Source: an uncultured Planctomycetota bacterium (lineage in GTDB: Bacteria; Planctomycetota; Planctomycetia; Isosphaerales; Isosphaeraceae). Taken from it: a DNA stretch of 64,000 nt. A program made the translations under genes and the position numbers. Shown one piece after another: positions 39,276 to 48,946 of this stretch. Every line of letters begins with the position of its first letter. Positions within the stretch are counted from its first letter, which is position 1. Under the pieces are notes generated by a model, which did not search any database, was not told the DNA's origin, and saw only the letters and a list, made by a program, of their open reading frames with translations. Where the stretch lies: the NCBI GenBank assembly GCA_963737655.1, contig CAVTTN010000002.1, positions 6,944,001 through 7,008,000 on the forward strand. The letters are read 5' to 3'.

Positions 39276-41589
39276 CCCGATCCCATCGCAACGGCCCCGC
39301 CCTGACCCATCCGCTCCCGCCGCCCCCCTCGCGCGAGCTGGCCCCCGACCCCTCCCTGTTCATCAACCGAGAGCTGAGCTGGCTGACCTTCAACGAGAGG
39401 GTCCTGGAGGAGGTCCGCGACCCGAACAACCCGCTCCTGGAGCGGGTGAAGTTCCTGGCGATCTCGGCCTCGAACCTCGACGAGTTCTTCGAGGTCCGGG
39501 TGGCGGGCCTCCAGGAGCAGCTCTACGACAACCTCGAGCCGCAGGACGCCCCGCCCGACGGCATGGGCCCGCTCACCCAGCTCGTCGAGATCGTCAAGAA
39601 GACCCGCGACTTCGTCGATCGCCAGTACCAGGCCTGGACGGCCGAGCTCCGCCCCGAGCTGGCCCGCCACGGGATCTTGATCTGCCGGACCGAAGACCTG
39701 AGTCCCGAAGAAGTTGCGTTCCTCGACGCCTATTACACGTCGCAGGTCTATCCCGTCCTCACCCCCCTGGCGATCGACCCGCGCACCCGTTCCCCCACCT
39801 CCACAACAAGAGCCTGAACCTGATCTTGCGGATCGAGACGATCGGCCAGGAGCCCCCTCGGCAGCTCTACGCGGTCCTCCAGGTGCCCTCGGTGGTCAAC
39901 CGGCTGGTCAAGCTGCCCGAGACCGGCGACGGCCGCTATCGGTTCCTCCTTCTTGAGGACGTGATCGGGCCTCGTCTCGATAGTCTCTTCGGGGGGTTCC
40001 GCGTGGCCAAGTGGGTGGCCTTCCGCGTGACCCGCAACAGCGACCTGTCCATCCAGGAGAACGAGGTCAAGAGCAGCCTGATCTCGACGATCCAGGAGAA
40101 CCTCCGCCAGAGGAAATGGGGGGCGGCGGTCCGCCTGGAGATCGTCGATACCGTCGATGACGAGTTCCTCGAACAGCTCCAGACCGCCCCGGCGCTCGAC
40201 CTGGACGACCGCGACGTGTACAAGGTCCACGGCCCGATCGACCTGACCGCCCTGGCCGCCCTGGCCCGGATCGACGGCTTCCGCGACCTGAAGGAGCCGC
40301 CCTTCGAGCCCCAGATGCCCTCGCCGTTCGCCAACCGGGCGAACGTGTTCGCGGCGATCCGCGAGCAAGATATCCTCGTCCATCACCCCTATGAATCGTT
40401 CGGCTCGGTGGTGCAGTTCATCGAGCAGGCGGCCGAGGACCCCCAGGTCCTGGCGATCAAGCAGACCCTCTACCGGACCGCCGACGACAACCCGATCATC
40501 ACCGCGCTGGCCCGGGCCGCGGAGAACGGCAAGCAGGTCACGGCCCTGGTCGAACTCCAGGCCCGCCTGGACGAGGAGAACAACATCATCAAGGCCCGGG
40601 CCCTGCAGAAATCGGGGGTCCACGTCGTCTACGGGATGGTCGGGCTGAAGACGCATTGCAAGGCGGCCCTGGTCGTCCGCCGCGAGTTCGACGGCATCCG
40701 TCGATACGTCCACCTCGCCACCGGCAACTACAACCCGACCACCGCGAGGATCTATACCGACCTCTGCCTCTTCACCTGCCGCCCCGAGTTCGGCGAGGAC
40801 GCCAGCGCCCTGTTCAACCTGCTCACGGGGTACTCGCAGGGGCACACCTGGAAGAAGCTGATCATCGCCCCCAAGGCCCTGGCCGAGCGCACGGTCGCCC
40901 TGATCGATCGCGAACGAAGGAACGCCGAGGCGGGCCGACCCGCCCGGATCATCGCCAAGATGAACGCCCTGGTCGATCCCGGGGCCATCGAGGCGCTCTA
41001 CGCGGCGAGCCGGGCGGGGGTCCGGATCGACCTGATCATCCGGGGGATCTGCTGCCTGAGGCCGGGGATTCCGGGGGTCAGCGAGAACATCCGGGTCCTC
41101 TCGATCGTGGACAAGTTTTTGGAGCACTCGCGGGTCAGCTACTTCCAGAACGACGACGCCCCCGAGGTCTACCTCGCCTCGGCCGACTGGATGCCCCGGA
41201 ACTTCCGCCGGAGGGTGGAGGTCATGTTCCCGATCGAGGACCCCCGGCTCAAGCATCGGGTCGTGGACGGGATTCTCGGCGTGGCCCTGGCCGATAACGT
41301 GAAGTCCCGGGAGCTCCTCCCCGATGGTTCCTACCGGAGGATTCACCCGGGCGAAGGCGAACCGGCGATCCGCTCGCAGGTCGAGTTCCAGAACATGGCG
41401 AGAGAGGCTCTCGGCGGCCGGAGAGGGGATCGTCTCGGCGGCCCTCAAGGGCGGCTCGTAAGGCCACATCCGATCGACTTCGCACCAGCCCCCGCCGTCT
41501 TCGCCCTTGTGCCGGGCCCTCCGATCGCCGACAATCCCCGGAGGACGGGGGCCGCGATCGGCCGACCGCCCGGGAGGGCCCGGCGATGA
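39272..41589 (+). CDS. ppk1: Polyphosphate kinase 1; split by an apparent 1-nt deletion near 39780
   Basis: NRELSWLTFNERVL and NLDEFFEVRV; adding one C restores IDPAHPFP; then HHPYESF, IKQTLYR, LKTHCK, TGNYN, LEHSR, SADWMPRN. Confidence 0.95.
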
Positions 41590-43019
41590 TCTGGCTCCGA
41601 CCTCGACCGACCGACCTGACGCTCGGCCTGAACCGCCGCCAGTGGCTCCGGTGCGGCCTCGGAGGCGTGGCCGCCTCGGCCCTCGCCTCACCGTCGATCG
41701 CCTCGAACCAGGCCGCGGCCCCGGGTTTCGGCCGGGCGAAGTCGTTGATTTTCGTCTACCTGTTCGGCGGCCCCAGCCAGCTCGACGTCTGGGACCTCAA
41801 GCCCGACGCCCCCGACGGCATCCGGGGCGAGTTCAAGCCGATCGCCACCAACGTCCCCGGGATCCGGATCACCGAGCACCTCCCCAGGCTGGCCCAACGG
41901 GCCGATCAATACGCCCTGATCCGTTCCATGACCCACGGGGACGCCGCCCACGGCTCCGCCGGGCACATCATGATGACCGGCCGAAAACCGAGGACCCAGG
42001 GCGAGGTCGGCCCCAACCCCGAAGACTTCCCCACCTTCGGCGCCGTCCTGTCCAGGCTCCGGCCGCCCCGGGCCGCCCTGCCTCCCTATGTTTCGCTCCC
42101 CTGGACCGTGACCACCAGCACGAACATCGTCCCCGGCCACGCCGGGGGCTTCCTCGGCCACGCCTTCGACCCCTTCCGCATCGCCGCCCCGGCCGGGACC
42201 TTCGACTTCTCGCCCCCCGAATTGAAGATCGACCCCACCGTCGGCCCCGATCGGCTCCGGGCCCGGAGGGGCTTGCGGGCCAGCCTCGGCGCCGACGGCC
42301 TCCTGGCGAATGATTCGCGAGGATCGGCGGACGTCGAACGGATCTTCGCGCGAGGGTTCGACCTCCTCGGCAATCCGGCCGTCGCCGAGGCCTTCCGGAT
42401 CGACCGCGAGGAGCCGAAAGTGCGGGAAAAGTACGGCCTGAACCCGTTCGGCCAGAGCCTCTTGCTCGCCCGGAGGCTCACCGAGGCCGGCGTGCCGATG
42501 GTCACGGTCTACTGGCCCGAACGGATCGAGCGCGAGGCGTTCAACAACAACGGGACCATCGACCCGGTGGCCGTCCCGGCCTGGGACACCCACGGCAACC
42601 ACGTCGGCGCGAGCGCGAATTTCCCCCTGCTCCGGAATCAACTCCTCCCGGCCCTGGACCTCGGCTCCTCGGCCCTCCTGGACGACCTTTCGGCCCGAGG
42701 CCGGCTCTCCGAAACCCTGGTCGTCTGGACCGGCGAATTCGGCCGGTCCCCCCGGATCAACGGCGACGCCGGCCGCGACCACTACGGCAACGTCTTCTCC
42801 CTGATGCTCGCCGGCGCGGGGATTCGCGGCGGATACGTCCACGGCAGCTCCGACCGGATCGCCGCGCACCCCGCCACCGACGCCGTCACCGCGGGCCAGT
42901 TCGCCGCCACGATCTACCACAGCCTCGGCCTCCCCCCCCAGACGGAAATCCGCGACGGCCTGGACCGCCCGTTCCGGCTCGCCGAGGGCGAGCCGGTCCT
43001 CCCCCTGTTCCAGGGCTGA
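41586..43019 (+). CDS. DUF1501 domain-containing protein
   Basis: NRRQWL Tat-like signal, GGPSQLDVWDLKP, ARRLTEAGV, WDTH, GEFGRSP, GRDHY. Confidence 0.92.
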   Translation: MIWLRPRPTDLTLGLNRRQWLRCGLGGVAASALASPSIASNQAAAPGFGRAKSLIFVYLFGGPSQLDVWDLKPDAPDGIRGEFKPIATNVPGIRITEHLPRLAQRADQYALIRSMTHGDAAHGSAGHIMMTGRKPRTQGEVGPNPEDFPTFGAVLSRLRPPRAALPPYVSLPWTVTTSTNIVPGHAGGFLGHAFDPFRIAAPAGTFDFSPPELKIDPTVGPDRLRARRGLRASLGADGLLANDSRGSADVERIFARGFDLLGNPAVAEAFRIDREEPKVREKYGLNPFGQSLLLARRLTEAGVPMVTVYWPERIEREAFNNNGTIDPVAVPAWDTHGNHVGASANFPLLRNQLLPALDLGSSALLDDLSARGRLSETLVVWTGEFGRSPRINGDAGRDHYGNVFSLMLAGAGIRGGYVHGSSDRIAAHPATDAVTAGQFAATIYHSLGLPPQTEIRDGLDRPFRLAEGEPVLPLFQG

Positions 43020-43035
43020 CCGCCGAGGACGCCTC

Positions 43036-44044
43036 ATGGACGACCGCGATCCCAGGCCCGGGGTGCCCCTGATCGATGTCGGGCCTCTCGTCTCGGGAGG
43101 GCCGGGCGAGGCGGACGTGGCCCGGGAGATCGGCCGGGCCTGCCGCCGGGAGGGGTTCTTCTACGTCGTCGGCCACGGCGTGGACGGGGCCCTCTCGGAC
43201 CGCCTCGACGCCCTGGCCCGCCGGTTCTTCGCCCAGGACGAATCGACGAAGTCCAGGATCTCGATGACGCGGGGCGGGAGGGCCTGGCGGGGCTACTTCC
43301 CCCAGGGGGCCGAACTGACCTCGGGACGGCCCGACCGCAAGGTGGGGATCTATTTCGGCGCCGAGCTCCCCGAGGACCACCCGCTCGTCCTCGACCGGAC
43401 GCCGATCCACGGCCCGAACCTCTTCCCCGAGATCCCCGGGTTCCGCGAGGCGGTCCTCGAATACCTCGACGCGATGACGGCCCTCGGGCACTCCCTGATG
43501 AAGGGGATCGCGCTGAGCCTCGGGCTGGAGGGGCTCGTACTTCGCCGACCGCTTCACCGGCGACCCCTTGATCCTCTTCCGCATCTTCCACTATCCGAGC
43601 GGCCCCGACCCCGGCCCCTCGGAGGAATCCTGGGGCGTGGGCGAGCACACCGATTACGGCCTCCTGACGATCCTGAAGCAGGACGACGTGGGCGGGCTCG
43701 AAGTGAAGGCGGCGGGGGGCTGGATCGACGCCCCGCCGATCCCGGGCTCGTTCGTGTGCAACATCGGCGACATGCTCGACCGGATGACCCGCGGCCTCTA
43801 CCGATCGACGCCCCACCGCGTCCGCACGAACACGTCGGGGCGCGATCGCCTCTCGTTCCCGTTCTTCTTCGACCCGAACTTCGCGGCCGAGGTCCGGCCG
43901 ATCGAGGGGATCGAGGCGGCCCCCGACGATCGCCACGATCGCTGGGACCGCCAGAGCGTCCACGAATTCCGCGGGACCTACGGCGATTACCTGCTGGGCA
44001 AGGTCGCCAGGGTCTTCCCCGACCTGCGCCGCGAGGTCCTCTGA
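43036..44044 (+). CDS. Isopenicillin N synthase-family 2OG-Fe(II) oxygenase; split by an apparent 1-nt insertion near 43531
   Basis: [16 protein letters not shown] and GPNLFP lie in the first frame; [10 protein letters not shown] (HxD), NIGDML, STPHRV and RLSFPFF lie in the second. Confidence 0.92.
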
Positions 44045-44374
44045 GGCACGGGCCCGGCCGGGGGAGGGTCCCTTGCGCGTGTCCTCGAGGACCTTGTCTT
44101 TCTTCCGCATCGATCGTCCAGGCCATCGAGCAGGTCCCCCTCCTTGAACGCCTCGAAGATGGTCTCGTTCGCGACGACCGTCATGGACGCCGCGGCCGGC
44201 GGCACCCCGCCGAGCATCGAGTTGATCCGGGCTAGAGCGATTTTCGATGGAACGTGGCGGTTGACAATTCGTAGGGCAGGCCTTGCCCTGCCGAGGCGGA
44301 CTTTGTTGGGTCGCGGACGGCGCTTGGAGAACGGCGTCCGGCGGGCTATCCTCGATGGCGAGGAGGGCCGGGTC

Positions 44375-45310
44375 ATGGCGTCCACTGCGATCGAATTGCC
44401 CGACGACCTCTTCGCGTTCGCCGAGGAGGCCGCACGCAGATCCGGCCACGCTGACGTTCTTATATATATTGAAAACATCACAATGTGTGATCGTGACAGG
44501 AGCGAATCCCGTGAGGTGGTGGCGGATGGCCCAGCCGAGGCGGCGCCGAGGCCCCCGAGGTCGAGTCGGTGGCGGGGCATCGGCGCGATGATGGCGGCCA
44601 TCGCCTTGATCGCCCTGGGGCTCGGCGTCCTGGCGATGAACCGCAAGTCGGCCAGGTTTCGTAAGGCGGCGGAGGGGCATGAGCTGCGGGCGAGCACGCT
44701 CACCAGCTCGGCTTGGCTCGCCAGGATCCTCGACCGTGGGGCGGCCCGGCAGCTCCCGCCGTTCGGTCTCGGCGGCCTCACCCCCAAGATCCGCGAGCTC
44801 GCTTTGAGCCGCCTGGATGCCGACCGCGAGACCTCCTGGGCCGAGAGGGACCGCTGGGCCGCGGACCATCCCTGGGCCTCGCCCCCCGAGGAGCCGCCCC
44901 CTCCGTCCCATGAAGAATACCGGACGGCCTGCATCGCCGCCGCGATCGAGTACTTCACGGGCTCGGATCGGCTGGGCTTCTCGGGATTCGACGTCCGCGA
45001 TGACGACCTCGACCCGCTCCGGGGCCAGGCCGGCCTGAAATCCCTCGACCTCTCGAACAATTCGATCACCGACGCCGGGCTCGACCGAATCCTCCCCCTG
45101 AAAAAACTGGAAGTGCTGATCCTCGACCAGAACGCCCTGACCGCCGCCGGCCTGGAGAGGCTCAAGGCCATGCCCCACCTCCGGCAGGTCTCGCTGGGGC
45201 ACCTGAACCTGACCGAGGACGAGGTGTTCGGCCTCGCGACCGCGCTCCCCCGCACGGTCCTCCTCACCGATTACGGCCGAATCCCGCCCGGGACCCGCCA
45301 TCCGAATTAG
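44375..45310 (+). CDS. Membrane protein with leucine-rich repeats and an N-terminal ribbon-helix-helix-like segment (start uncertain)
   Basis: AGGAGG RBS at 44361-44366; MASTAIELPDDLFAFAEEAARRSG (RHH-like); TM helix IGAMMAAIALIALGLGVLA; LRRs LKSLDLSNNSITDAGL and LEVLILDQNALTAAGL. Confidence 0.7.
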   Translation: MASTAIELPDDLFAFAEEAARRSGHADVLIYIENITMCDRDRSESREVVADGPAEAAPRPPRSSRWRGIGAMMAAIALIALGLGVLAMNRKSARFRKAAEGHELRASTLTSSAWLARILDRGAARQLPPFGLGGLTPKIRELALSRLDADRETSWAERDRWAADHPWASPPEEPPPPSHEEYRTACIAAAIEYFTGSDRLGFSGFDVRDDDLDPLRGQAGLKSLDLSNNSITDAGLDRILPLKKLEVLILDQNALTAAGLERLKAMPHLRQVSLGHLNLTEDEVFGLATALPRTVLLTDYGRIPPGTRHPN

Positions 45311-45410
45311 GCCGGCCCGGCCGTCCGGCTTGCGTTCCGGCGCCGGCCCGGAATACTCGGTTCGTCCGCTTTTCCCGCCCGCCATCGGTCCGTCTCGGGG
45401 GTCTCTCATC

Positions 45411-48400
45411 ATGCGAGGATTGGTCGCGGCCCGGCCCGTTTGGGCCTTCGCGCTGGCGTGGGCGTTCGGCTCGATCGCGGAGGCCCAGGAGGACTTCATC
45501 CCCAGGGCCCAGGACCGACCGCCGGGGCCGGCGCTGTCGCCGGGCGAGGCGATCGCGAAGATGACGGTGCCTCCGGGGTTCCGGGTCGAGGTCGTCGCCA
45601 GCGAGCCCGACCTCGTCAACCCGGTGGCGATGACGTTCGACGAGAAGGGCCGCGTCTGGGTTACCGAGAGCCTCGAATACCCGAGGAAATCGGCCGGTCC
45701 GGGCCGCGATCGCGTGAAAGTCCTCGAAGATACCGACGGCGACGGCAAGGCCGACCGGTTCACCGTGTTCGCCGAGGGGCTGAACATCCCGTCGGGGATC
45801 GCCGTCGGTCACGGGGGCGTGTGGGTCGCCAACTCGCCCGATCTCCTGTTCATGCAGGACACCGACGGCGACGGGAAGGCCGATAAGACGGAGGTCATCG
45901 TCTCCGGGTTCGGCCGGGACGACACCCACGAATTGCCCAACTCCCTGACGTGGGGCCCCGACGGCTGGCTCTACGGCTGGAACGGGGTGTTCAACGGCAG
46001 CCACGTCGAATATCGCGGCAAGACCTATGATTTCACGTGCGCGATCTTCCGGATCCACCCCCGGACCCGCGAGTTCCAGGTCTGGTGCGAGGGCACGTCG
46101 AACCCCTGGGGGATCGCCTTCAACGCCGACGGCGACGCCTTCGCCAGCGCCTGCGTGATCGACCACTTCTGGCACCTGACCGAGTCCGGCTACTATCACC
46201 GCCAGGGAGGCCCGTACCCGCCGTTCACCTGGAAGCTGGAATCGATCGTCGATTTCGGCCACCAGAAGGCCGCGTATTGCGGTGTTCACTTCTTCGACTC
46301 CGATGCCTATCCATCGCAGTATCGCGGCAAGTATTACATGGGCAACATCCACGGCAATTGCATCAACGTGGATTCCGTCGAGAAGAAGGGCGCGACCTAC
46401 CGGGCGTTCAAGCAGGAAGATTTCCTCACCGCCCACGACGCCTGGTTCATGCCCGTCGTTCAGAAGACCGGCCCCGACGGCTCGCTCTACGTCCTCGACT
46501 GGTACGACCGCTACCACTGCTACCAGGACGCCAACCGCGACCCCGCCGGGGTCGATCGCCTCAAGGGCCGGCTCTATCGCGTCCGGTATGGCGACACCCC
46601 GCGCCGGTCGAATTTCGACCTGAGCAAGAAGTCGGATGAGGAATTGATCGGGCTCCTCGGCGCTGGCAACGGCTACGACCGGGAGATCGCCCAGAGGCTC
46701 CTGGCCGAGCGGGGCAAGGCCGTCCGGCCGAAGCTGATGGCGGCGATCGTCGATCCGAAGACGCCGAGGCGGCAGAAGGTCCACGCCACGTGGGCCCTGA
46801 TCGGCGCCGGGCCGATCGACCTCGAGGACCACAAGACGCTCCTGGCCGACGCCGATCCCACGGTCCGCGGCTTCGCCGTGAGGGCGGCCGGCGACCAGGT
46901 CGTCGATCCGGCGATCCGCAGCCGGGCCCTGGCCCTGGCGAAGGACCCGGAGCCTTCCGTCCGCTTGCAGGTGGCCATCGCGGCGAGGAAATTCGACGGG
47001 ATCGAGCCGATCCCCGTCCTGATGGAGGTGCTTTCGAGGGCCGACGACGTGGTCACGCCGCCGGTGGTCTGGCAGAACCTCCACCCGATGCTCGAATCGG
47101 GCGCCTATGCATTCATCGAGGCATCGGAAAAATTCGCCGATTCGAAAAACATCGCCCAAATCTATCCAAGAACGATCGAACGCCTGATGGCGCGACGATC
47201 CCCCGACGCGAAGCCGGTGGCGTTGCTCCTCGCCCGATTGCTCGAAGGGCCGCAGGCCGACGCCTCGCTGGCGGGGCAGGCGATCGCGGGGATCGCGGCG
47301 AAGGTGCAGAACGGCGAGGTGGCCGGGGCGAGGGCCGAGGCGCTCCGATCGGCCATCGGGCCGGTCCTGGCGAGACGGATCGCCCTCGATCCCGGGCTGA
47401 AAGGCCCCGGGGCGATCGAGGCGGCGCTGCTCTCGGCGTCGTGGAAGGAGCAGGGGGGGATCGTCGCGGCCCGCTCGCTCTTCTCGACGAACTCGGTGGG
47501 CGAGGCCGTCAGGCTCCAGGCCCTCGCCGCGCTGGTCGCGGCCGGCGACGCGAACACCGTCGAGCCTCGCCGCCTCGGCCCTGGGCGAGCCGAAGGCCGG
47601 ATCGCCCTCGTTCCGAGGGAAGTTGCTGGCGAGCCTCAGCCGTCTCGACGACCCGAGGGTCGCCTCGGCGGTCCTCGCCGCCTATCCCAGGATGGACGCC
47701 GAGACGAGGCCCAAGGCCGTCGAGCTGCTCACCCAGAGGCCGGCGTGGACACGGGCCCTGATCGAGGCCGTGCGGAGGAAGGAAGTCCCCACCGACGCCG
47801 TGAACGCGACGCAGATTCGCACCCTTCAATCCACGAAGGATGTAAGCCTGAAACGACTCGTCCGCGAGACGTTCGGCATCGTCCGCGAGGGGCGCAACCC
47901 GGATCGCGAGCAGGTCGTCGCGAGGATGAGGCGGCTCGTCCGCTCGGCGCCCGGGGACCCGTTCGAGGGGAAGAAGGCCTTCGCCAAGGTCTGCGGCCAG
48001 TGCCACAAGATCTACGGGGAGGGGCAGGAGGTGGGGCCGGACCTCACGTCCAATGGTCGGAATGATTTCGCGCAATTGCTCTCGAACGTGTTCGACCCGA
48101 GCCTCGTCATCGGTGCGGCCTACCAGGCCACCACGGTGGCGACGAAGGACGGCCGGGTCCTCACCGGGCTGGTGGCCGAGGACGGCCCGCAACGGCTCGT
48201 CCTCAAGATGCAGGGAGGCAAGGTCGAGACGATCGCCCGGGGCGACGTGGAGGAGACGAAGGTCAGCCCGGTCTCGCTCATGCCCGATGAGATCGAGAAA
48301 CAATTGACCGACAGGGAATGGATCGATCTGTTCAGCTTCCTCACGCTGGACAGGCCGCCGGGCGACCCCTCGGGGAAGAGGCTGCCGACGTCGTCGATCC

Positions 48401-48858
48401 TCGAACCCAGGGACACGGCCGACCCGGCCGGGTTCGCGGCGATCCTCGACGAGTTCGCCCCCGGATTCGTCGTGAAGGCGGTGGGCGAGGGCGGCCTGGC
48501 AATCGAGAAGGAGCACGCCGGGAGGCCGGGCGTCCTGAGGACCCACCCGGTCAGCCGGGAGGAGCCCTGCACGATCCGGGGGAAGGTCCCGGTCCCCCCG
48601 GGGGTGCCGACCCGGCTCGTCCTCGATGTCAGCCCCGACGATCAAGGGGACTGGCAGCTCGTGGTGAAGGCCGACGGCAAGACGCTCAAGGACATGATCG
48701 TCAATCAAAAATCGGCGGATCACGGGTGGGCGGAGATCGCCGTGGACCTCTCGCCGTTCGCGGGTCGGACGATCGATCTGGAAATCCAGAACAAGGCGAA
48801 TGATTGGTCGTGGGAGTTCGGCTACTGGGGGCGGATCGCGGTGCTCTCCGGGCCGTGA
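45411..48858 (+). CDS. PVC-type heme-binding CxxCH protein (beta-propeller dehydrogenase-like, HEAT repeats, cytochrome c); split by an apparent 1-nt insertion near 47565
   Basis: VPPGFRVEVVASEP, DTDGDGKAD twice, WGPDGWLY, NPWG, GPDGSLYVLDWY and HEAT-like repeats; the second frame has CGQCH, VGPDLT and SLMP. Confidence 0.9.
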
Positions 48859-48899
48859 TTGCGGGCCGCATCCCGTTGGGGAGGCATGGGAAACAGGAA

Positions 48900-48946
48900 G
48901 GTGTATTTCATGCACCCTAGATAATGGTGCATTTCATGCACCCTAC
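48900..48946 (-). repeat. Two tandem GTAG-family REP units
   Basis: Plus strand GGTGTATTTCATGCACCCTAG (48900-48920) and GGTGCATTTCATGCACCCTAC (48926-48946); the second contains the stop codon at 48943-48945. Confidence 0.85.

Noticed and set aside
43036..44044. Beta-lactam biosynthesis gene
   Set aside because: IPNS-family 2OG oxygenases are widespread, and no ACV synthetase or other cluster genes are nearby.
44045..44300. Small minus-strand ORF (MLGGVPPAAASMTVVANETIFEAFKEGDLLDG...)
   Set aside because: No recognisable family or RBS, and it overlaps the oxygenase 3' end; it may be a remnant but cannot be supported.
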